Notes: a model not told the origin generated them from the letters alone. A DNA stretch of 64,000 bases from Pavona decussata (GCA_977016875.1 CDRNST010000104.1:5394001-5458000); one strand, 5' to 3'; positions 1 to 13,810 are shown, counted from the first letter of the stretch. Made by a program: numbers and translations.

Positions 1-265
1 TTTATCCTTACTCAAGAACAATCTCCTTCGGCCGAGGTAACTTTTTTCGGCGTTTCCGCACTCATGGCTACTTATGCCACTTCTGAAGCACTTGTCGGTC
101 CTTGCGATTTCGCGCCTGTTATCAATAACATCTTTCTATCACTCAATTTCATTGGTCGAGTAAAGAAGAAAAGAAATGACATCACGAAAATCGTTTCGGG
201 GCTCGAGATCGCAGACGTTATTTTTTGGAGGTTTGACCGGAAATACGTCTGCTGTTCGCAGGCTA
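1..265. repeat. Right part of a TAG...CTA-ended non-autonomous DNA element (AcademH-like) in an intron
   Basis: Terminus ...gtctgctgttcgcaggcta at 265 is the same end type as the elements at 8384-8449 and 20562-20733; other end not seen in window. Confidence 0.45.
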
Positions 266-326
266 CTCTTGAGCTGAACATGTAATGAAATATGTTTCAA
301 TAAAAAAGTAATAACAATAATCCTAC

Positions 327-518
327 CTCTACTCTCATAAAGGTAGTCAAGATAAAATCTACCAATAATCTTGGGATTGTTATTCGATGTCCATGTTCGC
401 AAAAAAATTGATGCGACTATGATATGTCTTGCCCGCCATATACGCCCAAGGGGAACATGGCTTTCTGGTAGCCACATAATTTATCATGTCCATCCAGAGA
501 CATGGTGCAGTCTGGTCC
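327..518 (-). pseudogene. Exon of an integrase-core (IS3EU-like DDE) transposase
   Basis: Minus strand reads GPDCTMSLDGHDKLCGYQKAMFPLGVYGGQD..(frameshift)..FLRTWTSNNNPKIIGRFYLDYLYESR, between an AG acceptor (520-519) and a GT donor (326-325). Confidence 0.6.
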
Positions 519-1770
519 CTACAAAACAAATGAGAATTAATTCAGCTGTTAAAACACAAATATAATATGTATTTACTATATGCCTCAATGTGAGACCATG
601 TGGTGACACAAACATACAGAAGTGGTGGGTGCGTGTAACACTGTGTTGTTACTATACACTGTAGATTTGATTTTGCTATCTCCTGAGGACAGATTTCTGC
701 ACAGTCCCATACATGCATCATTTTACATACTAACCTTGTTCCAAAAACACCAAGCATGGGTAGAGTTTGAGCCACAAAATGCATACATAATTAAGTATGG
801 GGCTGTGAGGAAATCTTGCATAGGGTTTCCTTAATTTCTGAAAATTAGTTTCAGTACTAAGAAGCATGGTACAGTACCGCCTAGAACTATAGACCCATTT
901 GCCGCGTCGTTGCCGCGGGACCTACTTGCGGGTTTCCCTCGGTATTCCCGCGGTACGACGAATTTTTGCCTCGGTTTGGTTGCGGTATCGCTCCAAAGTT
1001 GCCGCGGGAAAGTTCACCGAGGTAAAACCTCGGTAAAGAAAAGACGCGGTAGAGTTTAAATACGCTTTTGTCTCCGTTGTGTTTTGGTTCGTCAACTTCT
1101 AATGGCAAAATCGCACCAAAGAGCATTAACTAGGGAGGACGATCATTTGCGATACACATAAGACGTTTTGGCCTTTGAAACATGCAAAGAGAATTGATAA
1201 TCCAACCACATTTGAAAATCGTTTCACGGAGATTCTGATTATCGCAAAAGTCATGAAGACTTCATGTGGACTAGGCGCGCATTCAATCAATGCTTTAGCT
1301 TCGAAGCATGTATTTGCGATTAAGAAAACTAGCACACTTGAATCAATCGGCACTCGGTCTGTGGAGTTCGGTTTTCCGGACCTAAATCACTTTTATTCAT
1401 TGAAGTTTTATTCACATACACCGTACGTGGACAGAAAGAAAACAAAGAATACGTATTTCGACATGTTTTGTGTCAATTTAAACACTTTTCGCTTCTGACG
1501 TGACCTGCAACACGGTAGCGTTACATTATCCGCGGTTTGTTAGGTATCGCATTCAAAGTCATTTCAAATGTAAGTGTAGAGAAGCGAGCAAACAACTTAT
1601 AAATCAAAAACAGGATTGCTCATGAGAGAACGCAACAATACTCGCAAGATGTCAACAAAAAATCGACCGTTGCATTGTTCCACAACAATGTGAGAGTTGT
1701 GGATGCTTACGTAACAGATTCGAGCACGTGACGACAACAGAACACAGCACACACACTCGTGTTGATCGCG

Positions 1771-3408
1771 ATGGTTCGAACATCAGAGTAGGTAAAATTG
1801 AGAATTTTGGCCTTCTATAGGCAGAATTTCAAGATTTCCCAGGCTGTCCGTGAATTAAGTCTAGAGGGAAAGAAAATCACAAGAAAAACTGTCTCGAAAT
1901 ACTACAAGAAGTTCAGGAACAAATTGACGTTGAGCGAGTTACCTCGCTCAGGTCGTCCATCCTTGCTCGAGCGAAGGCATTACAACTTCATTGACGCTAA
2001 AATGGAAGAAAACGACGAGTTAACTTCAATCGGTAATTAAAATATTTTTTCAAACTTGTATTTCATATTGTGAGTTTTCTGTGATGTTTCTTTGGCCCAA
2101 CATCTTTGTGATAACCTACGATTTCAATCCTTCATTCACATTACGTCTTCAACAACTCCTTCGGCGAGAATGTGGAGTTCAAGCGTCCACTTCAGTGATC
2201 AAGTCTGTTCGCTATAAATTGGGATGGAGGAGAACAGGGCCAAAGTACTGTCAAGTGGTTTGTGAAGCTAGCCGCCTCGCGCGTCTGGCTTTCAGCGAAA
2301 GGTGTCTTGACGAAGGTGAAAACTTCGACAATGTCGTGTTCACCGACGAGTCGAGTATTTGGATCGAACGCCATAGCAAGGTCTGCTTTCGCAAGAAAGG
2401 TGCGCCGGCCAAGCTGAAGCCTACTGTCAAACATCCCTACAAGGTTCATGTATGGGCTGGTATTTCCAAACGAGGCGCAACCAACATTCTCATATTCATG
2501 GGAATCATGAAGAAAGAATTTTATGTGGAGGCTATTCTGCGTGACACTCTCCTGCCTTTTGTTCAAGAGTACTTCACGGATGGCTATCGTTTCCAGCAGG
2601 ACAATGATCCAAAGCACAAGAGTAAGGGAATGAATATTATGCAGTGACTCTTTTGTTGTTCTTATTCAAGTACACGTGATTTTTTTTGTTCGTCCAGCAC
2701 TTTTATTGTTATTTGTTATTGTATTGATATTGTAAAACTGACATGCAGAAATTATTGTTTTAGTGTCCGTTTTAGTTAGTGAAGGACTGTTCAAGTGAAG
2801 AGTTTCTTTTAGAGAAAAACCAAAGACAAAAAATTCGAATAATTCCCAAACATTTAGGAATTAAAAATCCAGGATACATGAGCACTAAAAAGTAATATTA
2901 TTGAATGTTCCATCATCAAATTGTCAAAGTTCTTTTCAGTTGGTAGGATAACTTCCCTTTGAAAATGATATATGTTGCTTTCCTACTGTTTTGCTCCTTT
3001 TGCCCAATGCCCTCGCGCGCTTGCCCCGCTTGGCTTGAAGGAAACGGAAACAACTGCTGCGTAGGCTACTTTTAATTGACCGCTGGGATGCTTCCATCCT
3101 TTTGTAACCTATCCTTTTTGTAATCGTTTTTAGGTCATCATGCCATGTCCTTCATTTGGGATAACGGCATTAATTACTGGCCCACACCTGCTGAGAGTCC
3201 TGACCTCAATCCTATCGAGATGTTATGGCATGAATTGAAGTCTTTCCTGCGACGAGTGGTGAAGCCAACCAACAAGGAGGAACTGGTCGATGGAATATGT
3301 CAATTCTGGGAGACAGTGAGCTCAGAGAAATCCCAGCGCTACGTTGGCCACTTACAGAAGGTGGTGCCAGAGATAGTCAGACGTGAGGGAAAGGCATCAG
3401 GCTATTAG
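1771..3408 (+). pseudogene. Tc1 DD34E transposase, three exons (1771-2032, 2145-2621, 3134-3408)
   Basis: HTH region with PRSGRP; FTDES, QQDNDPKH and SPDLNPIE with 34 residues between D2 and E after splicing; in-frame TAG at 1789; exon-2 acceptor appears mutated AG>AC (2143-2144). Confidence 0.9.
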
Positions 3409-3833
3409 CCATCCATAATACCATTTCACAAAAACGGCTCTTTTAGGTGCCACCAAATAAATGAAACTTATCACCAATATCTGATACATTAATTTTATTC
3501 TTATGAGTCAGCCCCCTTTAACTGTCCAAAATATATTGTCAACAGCTACTCCTGAAATTCGTTTGAATGATACGTAAAGGAAAAATATAAAAAAAGACAT
3601 GCAGCTAACCCCCAATTTTCTGGACGGTGTTCCTTTTCAACAAAGTTCGGAACCTTACTGCAGGTCTTTTCTGAATTCATGATGAGACTTATAGTAAGCC
3701 AATAATTAGCAGCATGAAAGATGCCTTCACACTAAAGGCAAATTATCCACTCACAAAAAATCAATAATATTTGTAACAGTATTTGTATTCCCAGCACACA
3801 TCAACAAACCCAAGGACATTCATGCGGTAGGGG

Positions 3834-4333
3834 CAGACTGGTACCCAGTCGCTATTTACGTGTTTTGTGGGGTGGGAAGATTGGATAAGAGGATGGATTG
3901 GGGCGTGCGGGGTGTCATGAGAAGAGGTGAAGGAAAAATAGTGACTGGCAGATTTCGATTTAATATGGTGTTCAACCGAAGAGTGATTTCTTTTTTGTTG
4001 GCTTGTAGTGTCGTGCTGCCGTAATGGCTTCTTCGTGGGAAGACTAAATATGTTACGGCAGCACGACATTACAAGCCAGGGAAAAAGAAATCACTTATCA
4101 GGCGAATGCTTTAGCTTGTTAAATACCAATCTAGAACCCGCAGTTAATTTTGACTGCAAGAAATGTCTAAAATTACTCTCCACGCACGATTGCACGCATC
4201 TGTCAAACGAAATCTGCCAGTCGCTATTTTTCCTTCGCCTCTTCCCATGACACCCTACGCACCTCAATCCATCCTCTTTTGCAATCTTCTCACCACACAA
4301 AAAACCCTTAAAAAGTGACTGGGTATGAGTCTG
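3834..4333. mobile_element. 500-bp foldback MITE with 9-bp TSD (AcademH-like)
   Basis: ~125-bp imperfect TIRs starting cagactggtacccagtc and ending gactgggtatgagtctg; TSD cggtagggg at 3825-3833 and 4334-4342; second internal hairpin ~3982-4094. Confidence 0.8.
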
Positions 4334-4338
4334 CGGTA

Positions 4339-4622
4339 GGGGTAGGATTTTGCAGTACTGATTTGAAATTGGGAAAATTGGTATGTGTTTTGTGAAACAC
4401 AAGCCTTCCATATGTTGGTTTTTCCAAGACTCATTTCTGTTTCCACAAAGAATGAAATTGTGTGGCAAATAAGGGACCAGGGGGTAGGATTTTGCAGTAC
4501 TGATTTGAAATTGGGAAAATTGGTATGTGTTTTGTGAAACACAAGCCTTCCATATGTTGGTTTTTGCAAGACTGATTTCTGTTTCTACAAAGAATGAAAC
4601 TGTGTAGCAAATAAGGGACCAG
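4339..4622. repeat. Tandem duplication, 2 x 142 bp
   Basis: ggggtaggattttgcagtac...aagggaccag starts at 4339 and again at 4481 with few differences. Confidence 0.9.
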
Positions 4623-4773
4623 TCATTATTTATGTAGAGGGAGGGAGGGAAAAATATTTTGATAGATGAAAATTTTTGCCAGGCACCCCCTACTCAGGTC
4701 TAAAAATGGCAAATAGCCACCCCTCTTAATTCAATATTTCATTGATGACCCTCCCCCCCCCCCCCCAATTATC

Positions 4774-4950
4774 AGGAAAGGTTTTATCAAGGGTGAGGCC
4801 CTTAGACTTTTAAGAACCAATTCTTCAAAAACTCTTTTTGAAGAAAATATAAGAGATTTTAAATCATGTTTGCGTGTACGAGGCTACCCAGATCTTCTGG
4901 TCAATAAAGTCCTTGCATGAGTTCAATTTACAGACAGGAAGTCAGCACTT
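4774..4950 (+). mobile_element. Penelope-like retroelement RT C-terminal fragment
   Basis: Reads RKGFIKGEALRLLRTNSSKTLFEENIRDFKSCLRVRGYP, typical of the PLE RT thumb region. Confidence 0.7.
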
Positions 4951-7900
4951 ACGGATAACTGAGGTTGTAAATTTGATCCAATTAGTTCTTTAGTTAGGGC
5001 TCAGTTTTGACAAAATTTGGAGGACAAGTTTTTATGTTGTGACAAAAACCACAAAGTTGCAAAATGTAAAAACTCCGTAAATGATTTTCCTGGTGAGGTT
5101 CTATTGCTGTGAAAATTTCAAAAATATTTAACAGAAGGAAATTGAAAAAAGGTTGAAATGAAAGCCCATCATGTACATGCCCACTGACAAACACTTGTAT
5201 ATTAAGTAGTTTTAACTCAAGACTCCACACCATTATTTTTACCAGCAAGGGTAAGGGGTAAGGGTTTTGTTCTGATTATTACATTTCGGGTGATCTCAGT
5301 ATATGGCATAGTGAAAACCATATGGAGTCATATCTTGACCTAGGCAAACCATTACCTACTTAAATAAGTGGAGCCAATGTTAAATCCAAACCATCGCATT
5401 TTATTGTTCAGCTATTCAACTGGGTAGCAAATACAATTCCTCCCAAGGTAACAAGTTTTCATAAAGATGCACAGGGCTGTATACTTTGTAGCGCAATTTT
5501 TTTTTACAGTATTGCTGAGTGCTGCTAGAGTTAAAATACTCCCAGTCCACTTAAAAAGTACATGTAGGAATAATTTTGAATGCAAACTTGTGCAAACTTC
5601 TTGTGAAATCAAAGCTTTGATAAGAACTTATTTACAACTTTACTACACAACTTATAAGTCTGCATGTCCTTGTAAAATTACTTGAGCTACAAAAGCTTGG
5701 AACAATATTAAAACTATCCAAACTAATTGGGAAGTTTAAACCCAATAATTCACAACTTTAACAAGGGAAACAAAACTTTGCCAAAAAAGGTGAACTCTGT
5801 CAAACTAAAATCATTTGACTGAAAAACTTTTGGGACATTAAAACTATTGGTCCCTTTTCAACTTTCTTATATAAGAATCCATAGCCTTGCGACAGTCAAT
5901 CCAAATTCTCTCTTTCTCAAGTGGAGATGCAGGGTAAAACTGAGTGATAAGTGCCCTGATTTTAGACACTTTCACAGGGTCAACAGGTTGCTTTCCCCTT
6001 ACACCAGCAATGTTCCTACCAAATAGCTCACTTGTGGGCAGCATTTGTCTTAGCACTCTCACTGCAAAATTCATGCTTGAGCTTGCCAGTTCCCGTGCAA
6101 GTATCAGAAAGTCACTGCTCGGCCCTGATTCGTCAGTTTGTGCCTCTTGTGATGGTGTACAGCTTGAGAAATTGTCATGGTCCGAAACTGCTGATGATGT
6201 TGGTGACACCAATTCATAAGTCGGCAGATCATCGACAGGAGGAGGGATTCTGTCTTGGAATGCATGAGTTTGAACTTCATAAGAATCCTCTCTTTGCTGC
6301 TGCCTCTCTTTGCTGCTGCTGCTTTTCTGAGATGGACTCCACCAGGGAGGTCAAGTATTCAATTTGCATCTCCATCCTTCTCAAAGCTGAGCCAAGTTGT
6401 TGAGACAGCTGATAATCACCCCAGACACTGGATCTCTCAGGAAAAAGGTTCTGCCTCCTCGAGTTTTGGTGCAACCTGTTAGTGACTTGCGGAAGGCGGT
6501 CACGTGCACGGTGAGAAGACGCAGCCGGACATCGATGATGGGGCAGTGCATGAGAAAGAGGCGAGAAATTCTGCAACGTGATTGCAGAGGATTGTTCTAG
6601 GGCACTGTGCTGTATCCCAGATGAGCCAGACTTGTGATGAAATGGACTTAGTGGAAGGGGAGATAAGCTTGTTGAGGTACATGTACTTGTCACTTGTGAT
6701 GGAGGAGATGATGGTGTGTTTATAAGCAGCTGTGGAACTCAAGGGCTGACGCACACGGGCTGAAAAGAGGCTCCTGGGGAGTTGTTATCCCTTGTAAGCT
6801 GAGGCTGTAATGAGGAATTAGATGCAACCAGTGTTGATGAATTGGAAGCCAGTACTCCTGCTCCCTGATTAGAAGACTGAGTTGTAGCCTTGCGTTGTGG
6901 TGCAAAGCGTCCAATAACTGTAGCCTGCACAGAAAGAAAAGTTGACGTCAATATTGATACCCTTGCAAGGCAGTTGTTTAAAACTTTTTAAAAAATTTAG
7001 CCCGAAAAGTAAATTTGGTTTTAAACTTCACTCAAAACCAGTATCAATTAGAACCAGTAATAAAGAATCAAACTAAGTCACAGTTACTCCCTATCCTGAG
7101 ATTAGACAAATTAAGCTAGCTCGAGGGCAAGTTTTCTGCAATTTTTGGAGAAAAATAAAATTATTATAAAGGGGAGAAATGACAAGATAGTGTCCCATGC
7201 AGTTTTCTCACAGCAATGCAAATATTCTGGTTATAATTAACTGAATGGAAAAGTTTTGAGATATGCTGTCACTAAAAAATAGCCATGTTGCAACTAAATG
7301 AAAAGTATGCACCCTGTGTTGAACCACATGGAAGTCTTGCATATTACCTCTGGTTTGGTCTTTGCTTCCTTTGATTTCTTTTCTCTCGGTTTGTGCATGA
7401 TCTTCTTCTTTTTCCTGAATTTATCACCTGATGGAGCCTGGGAAGAGCACAATCATCCAAATTATTTTACTTAAATGACACAGGAAACTGCATGTACTAT
7501 ATCCTAGGCAGAGGCCCTGAACCCAGTTGTCTGAAAGGAAAACCTAGGGTTAAGGTGTCCAAAACTTTCTAGTCACTCCGGTTGGAAGGCCAAGAACAGG
7601 AACTGGCCCCAAGTGAGGTGGTGCAGGCAGGGGGGGGGGGGGAAGGGGGGAAACACCTCTTTGCTATTTTTCCCCAATTTTTTTCTTTGTTTCATCCTTG
7701 ACTAATGAGCCTTTTCACAGGCTAACTTGTTACATTTTGCAAAGTTTTTGCTGTGTTGTTGCTATGGTACCCTATTATATTGTGAATAATCACCATTGAA
7801 AACGTTTTGACCGATGGAAAGGCATTTGTTGGATGTGGTCACTAAAGTTGTATCAACTGATAAAGAGAGTGGTATCTTGATCGGTCAAAGTATAAGTGCT

Positions 7901-8383
7901 AGAAAGTGATGGAAACTGATACCAGTTAAGGGGTAACTACTTGTTAACGTTTATCCCTGGATTAGCCTGAATTATCCACTTTCGAACAAATGTTGGATAA
8001 GAATCAACAAAAACTTATATAAATTAATTTGGTTGAGGATGATTCTGGTCGAAACTGGATAAAAATTAATGTGAGTGAGTGGTTTCCTGTACTTACTTCT
8101 TCGTGATGACGCTCCTTTCCTTTGTCCTGCATTTGTCCCGGGATTTCCTTCTCATCGTCAGACTCAAAGAGATGTCAATTTTGAGCATCAGAAATAAAGT
8201 TAACTTCTTCCTTGTGAAACTTTCGGTCGTCATCTAGTGAAGAAAACTGAATTAAGTGCAAGCAAAAATTGGGCTTCACCTTTGATTTAAGAGTAAGCAA
8301 TTCATTGATCACTTTGCAATGTTTACAATTTATTTTCAGTGTAAAAATTCGCAAAAGGGTGGTTTTCGCAGCCGGTCATTTCG

Positions 8384-8449
8384 TAGCCTCCCACGCAGTC
8401 GTTTTTAGGGGACTCGAATTACCTCCTCCCTCCACTGCGTGGGAGGCTA
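8384..8449. mobile_element. 66-bp TAG...CTA mini-element with 9-bp TSD
   Basis: TIR tagcctcccacgcag / ctgcgtgggaggcta; exact TSD gtcatttcg on both sides. Confidence 0.85.
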
Positions 8450-8518
8450 GTCATTTCGGTAATTGGTGAAAGAGTGATCATTTCTTGTTCTTAAATTGAA
8501 TTCAGGGGTAAAATTATC

Positions 8519-8720
8519 TTAACCCTTTAAATCCTAACAGTGACCAGCATCAAATTTCTCGTTTTAATGTCAGTGCTTATTTAACCACTAAGGTTATGAG
8601 ACATAATAACCCAAGGTGAATTTCTTGATTTTTTTAATAACTTCTCCCAGTACTTTTAAAAGAAAAATATGGGAAAAAGATAGGAGAATTTGTTCTGTGA
8701 TATTGGGGGTTAAAAGGTAA
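8519..8720. repeat. piggyBac-like MITE
   Basis: ttaaccctttaa...gggggttaaaaggtaa; related copy at 59232-59430 shares agtgaccagcat.aatttctc and aggttatgaga. Confidence 0.55.
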
Positions 8721-11279
8721 ACTGGTTCTGTCCTTTTACATTGATTGTGTAAGGAGAAAATTGAGCCCAAACATTAGAGAATGTGTGTCGATTTTAAAAT
8801 GTACCGAATCGACTAATTAAATATTTTAATATTAGCTTAAAAGCTGCAGTCACTAAAGCGAAACGACTTCGTAACGAAACGACCGGACAGCGAAATGACT
8901 AATTTAAGCAATGAGTAAAATAGCTGGGGCAAAATGACCTTAAATATTAGCCCTTTCAATTAAAACATTGACCTTGACCGGGTAAGTAGTTCAGAACGCT
9001 TCCACAACTTTGCGTTTTCTGACCGTGACTATAAGTCATAATCAGTGAGACAAATCGTTAAGCAGTTATATTAATTTATGAAATTTCGCTGCCGCATACG
9101 CACTTGAATTTGATTGGCTTCACGTTCGTAAATAAAAGGATAGAGAATTGAATGTACTAGTATGGACAGCCCGTATAAATAACAGATTTCAACCTCTTGC
9201 ATTCACGCAGGGCTTTTCCCAGTGCACACAGTCCGCGTTCTTTTGTCTGGGTTTTGTTTATACGGGTGTGAAGCCAGTTTAAACCTACGTGAAATCTACT
9301 CGACATTAGAAATCCAGCTAGCAGGATAACTCAAACCATAACAAGTTGGACAACCATTTTAGAAAAAAGAAAACAAAAAGAATTCCCTTACAATGAGATC
9401 TGGGCTTTCAAAAAATAGAACAGCTTGCAAATCAAGCTGATCAAAACCGCGAAAATTGGAAAGTGCGTATTTGTTGTCAGACGATTCATAATAAATTATT
9501 ATCTTTGATGTTGGTGCCGATAAGAAGTAATTTGCCCCGGACAGACAACATCGCTTCCTCATTTCGCTAGCTGTTTCAACGTTTTAACATTAAATAATAA
9601 CAGAAAGGATATATGCTTACCATCGACAGCAATGATCGTTGCCTTGAGGACAACAGTGCCATACTGAACTTCGACGACACTTCCGTGTGTTGTGTTGTCG
9701 CCAGTCACAACGTTCTTTATCTTTACTGAAGGAAGGACGCTGACGGTTCGATCGGACTCGAAGTAAAATAGCCCATATTTGGGGACTTTGAGTTTCGATC
9801 TTAGAGACATATTTGTGCTCGTGCTTTTTCGCCCTGCGCAATAGACAATCGAAAAGAGAGAGTGATGTCAAAAGATGTCATCTCGAAATCTTTAATACGT
9901 GATGCAGACAAAAGAAAAGGCTCGTCAACCAAGAGAAAGGTGAGATGTAAATCGTTGACCCGTGCTACAAGTAGTGATAAACAATAGCGTACGCAAATAC
10001 AACAACAAAAAGTCAGTCACATGCAAAATTATATTCAAAACACGCAGAGAACACATGAGATTTCTGCCCATTTACAGACTGTAATAAAGAAATTTCTATA
10101 TTACCATTAATTTTCAGTAGAAGCATTTATGCTTTGGTTTCTTGGACCGCAATTTCTGTAGCATGCACGGTTACCAAAAGGTGTTACGCAACAAAAGTTG
10201 AAAGCAACACCATTCTTTACCCGGCGTTTGACCAGTGTACAGAGTACCGTCAAAAGCTACTGACGCCGACAAACCGTCGTTTTATAAAATATGTTGTTGT
10301 AAGTATTGAAAGAATTGCTGTCCACCAGAATGAAGGCCATCAAACAACTTGAGTTCAGTCTCCCTGGCGAAGAAACGACACACTGAGACAATTTAATAAA
10401 AACAACTGAGAAATAAAGAGATAATCGAACGTTTCTCAAAGCTTGAACAATGCTCCTTACGTGCACATATTTAATACACCCAGGGAAACAACAATCTCCT
10501 TTATTGTGTTGGATTGTGTGGGTTACTTTTATCATCTCTGAAAAGACTAAGAATACAAATATGATGTTTGTCGATCCAAAGATTCTCGAGACTTTCTGTC
10601 TTTGAATACGCTAATTACACACTGAAATTTTGACTATTTCTCCGTCGATTTAACACAAATCCTTCACCCCAATTCTTCACGCCTCAAACACTTAAATGCA
10701 ATCAGTCCTTTTTGTTAATTCTTTCCCGCGGCATACCTCGTCTTTTCGCCTGCGGCAAATTTACCGCCGCAAACTGTACCTCGTCTTTACCGCGAATCGA
10801 CCGTGTTTTCACCTAGGTGGACGCGTGGGTACTACCTGCCGTAAAGACGAGGTATGCCTGAGTCCCGACGAGTCAATAGTTCCAGGCGGTACTGTAACTT
10901 TATTATTTTCTGTAATACTGATAACATGATAAGACAAACTCACTAAGGCCCAAAAACATGAACTTATGCTGGGCTTCTGTCACTCAATCCTGGATTAAGT
11001 GGTTCACCTACACAGGAATTAGTTTCCAAATCTGAAAGCTAGTGGTACTCACCCCGCCACCAAACGCTTTATCTCTGCGCGGTCGCTTGGCTTCGCCTAC
11101 ACCTCTTCGCTCCTCCAGACCATCAAAATAATTTTTTTTAAAAAAATGAAAAATAAAAAAAAAAATACATTAAAACTAAGTAAAAAAAATCTTTTTTTTA
11201 ATAAAAATTAAACAAATATATAAATTAAAAATAAGTGATCATTTTTACTAAAAAAATGTTTTTCATTCAAAAAAATCCA

Positions 11280-12597
11280 AGAATGTTTGGTCATTCAACA
11301 GCGTTTCCGCATGGCACACATAGGCCACCATAGACATCAAAAACGCTGTCCCACCGACCTTGCTGCAGATGACAATGGCGTATAAACTAAGCACTCGTCC
11401 CCGTGTGAAAAGGTTCATGCAGATTTCAGAGATGATGGCACTGTGGAAAGACTGGAGGCAATTACTTCAAATAAGAGTAAAAGCAGTCGTGACGCTTACA
11501 ACGTGTGACGACAGTACAGCTGGCACTACACAACAAAGAACTTTTCCAGAGTTATTACAAAATTGGAAGTAAACGGTTCTCTGGCCAAGTATGCCATACT
11601 ACAATATAAGGCTCCTGCCAATATGAAAAATTTTTCTCTGAGAGCTCATGGTAACTCCAAAAGGAAAGCTGAGGTGTATTATCGCACGGTACCCAGTGTT
11701 TTGCAGAATCCGCCGAAGCAAATGACAGGCTGAAGCAAATAATAAGTTCCATAGAGCAAGAAGCTGGTGGGGCTGTAAACATGGCTTCCCCTGGGGATAT
11801 CATGTGGAACAGAGAACAAGTGTACAACATGTGCCAAAACATTGAAGGAAGCCAACGTAGTAGAAACACCGGCCCTTCGAGGAGACCTGACTTCATCAAA
11901 CTGATGAACCTCATGCAACACGACGATTTTCTCCAAGACATTTCATTTGGAGTCAAAGCAAACAAAGCTGTGAAGCATATGGCTCCAAACACGTTTGCAA
12001 TGACAGACACCCAACTAACGTGGATGAAAAAGTACTGTTCCAGAGACAGCCCTAAAAGCCAAGTAGGAATCAACATGACCTACAGCATGGACCCTTTCTA
12101 TGTCACCACCCTGATGTTCCCACACCCTATGTTTGTCTATCGTAACCAACCCACCAAGCACTCCACTACACTGGCCGCCATGATGACAAGCGTCACAAAG
12201 GAAAGGGAAGATTACGAGTACCTCGCTGGGTCCTTATTTAGAAAAGGGATCAAGTCCATAACTTACGGCACTGATAGCAAGCAAGCCATAGAGCAAGCTT
12301 TTAAAAATATGTATCCCAACGGACAGGGGCCACACAGACGCCGCAACATGAACCTCCGATGTTTTACGCATGTCGAGGCCCACATAAAGATGAGGCTTCA
12401 GCGCCTAAAGGTTGGTTCGATGAAACAAAAAAAAATCGTTTCAAATTCTTGGTGGCGAGCAAGATGGTAAAGGCATTAAGGGACTAGTGGATTGTGAAAG
12501 TGAAGAGTCCTTTGAGTCAAGTCTTGTGTTCATGAAGCCTACCTGGCCTTCTCCATTTTCCCAGTGGATCTCAAACACCAAAGGACGTATAAGGCCC
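11280..12597 (+). pseudogene. MULE/Mutator-type transposase, 5' part
   Basis: ORF 11781-12470 has degenerate MULE motifs VGI(N)MTY..PFYVT, YGTDSKQAIEQAF and LRCFTHV (CxxH); cut by a TTAA piggyBac end at 12598. Confidence 0.75.
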
Positions 12598-13810
12598 TTA
12601 ACCCTTGCGCTCCGGATCGGGTCGTATACCACCTGAACAAAGAGGACGCCTTATGATATCTTGTATGAAGTACCAACACGCAACCTAAAGCCTGCAATTC
12701 CTTTTGGGATAGATTTGAAGAAAACACGCGGAAATTTTCGATTCGATTGCCATTTCTTCATCGTTTTTTCGTACTTTTTCACTCGGAGTTGAGTCTGGAC
12801 TTTAAACAAAGATGGCGGCGGTTAGATTTAGCACGGAAGAGGTTATAGAACAAGTTGCTTGAGGTGATTCGGACAAAGAAATGGACAGTGATCATGATGA
12901 CTTTGTTGGAGACGTCGAAGATGAAGAGGGTCTGTGTTGACATTGCCACGGCGAATGAGGAATATTCCAGCACACGTAAGAGTACCCATGCTCCTGATGA
13001 ATCGAGAAGTGAATTCAGTAAGTCTTTTTATAGATTTTGTTTGTTTTTGTCGGTCGAAAGTTGATTTTTGTAGTTTATGAAGGCTGATTTTGAGAATAAC
13101 TTCTTAGCTATAGTCTATACACAAATTTGATCGACAATTTTCAATCGGATAACTTCCATGTTTATGTTTAGCCACAAACAGCTGATCGTTCTTTCCCGCA
13201 TTATATTTATCTAGGCGTCAGAAGATGATGAAGACTCTGAGGACTCAGGGGATGCTGTGGTACCAGAGGAAAGTGGTGTAAGTTGTAATTGCACTAATTT
13301 TTGTTATTTTGATATTTACGACAAAATGTAAATTATTTTTTCGTGGTTTTGTGACTCCCTTATTGTTTCTATTTTAGTCATTTGAAGAGAGTGCAGATGA
13401 ATGTTTGGCTGCTGTTGTTGGAGTGGTGAGAGGCAGAGGGAGGGCAAGAGGCCTTGGCAGGAAAAGAGGCAGAGGTGGAGGCAGAGGTAGAGGACGGAAT
13501 CCACCACGAGATGTATTACCAGATATTCAGTGGGAGGAATTTCAACGCGTAGAACGGAATCCTGGTGAGAACGTTGCATTCAATGAAATTCTGGGACCAT
13601 CAAGAGCAGCTATGATGGCTGAATCTGTGAGTGATCATTTCAAGTTGTTTATCCCAGACACTTTAGTGCAGAGCTGGGTGACTGAAACAAAGAGATATAA
13701 AAGGCAGTCCAGGCTTGCAAAGCCCACTAATATGAAATGGACTGAAGTGACTTTTGAAGAAATTCTGGCATATTTGGGCAAAGTAATTGCCATGGGACTG
13801 GTGAACCAGT
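12598..13810 (+). mobile_element. piggyBac 5' fragment
   Basis: TTAA followed by CCCTT at 12598-12606; acidic N-terminus from ATG ~12811; HFKLFIPDTLVQSWVTETKRY...WTEVTFEEILAYLGKVIAMGL matches the piggyBac N-terminal region; truncated. Confidence 0.8.

Larger units (their letters stand above)
5844..9810 (-). pseudogene. Four-exon BEN-domain protein gene (9810-9621, 8233-8097, 7437-7348, 6924-5844)
   Basis: All exons join in frame at GT-AG sites; small beta-rich N-terminal domain (KYGLFYFESDRTVSVLP), K-rich exon, S/P-rich linker, coiled coil, C-terminal BEN domain (NFAVRVLRQML...GVRGKQPVDPVKV...WIDCRKAMDSYIR); stops at ~8175, 6739 and 6277 and a frameshift before the BEN domain. Confidence 0.85.
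872..10894 (+). mobile_element. 10.0-kb Tc1-family DNA transposon with BEN-domain cargo gene
   Basis: 23-bp TIRs cagtaccgcct(a/g)gaactat(a/t)gac at 872-894 and 10872-10894 (2 mismatches); TA at 870-871 and 10895-10896; GC-rich subterminal motifs at both ends; DD34E transposase inside. Confidence 0.88.
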
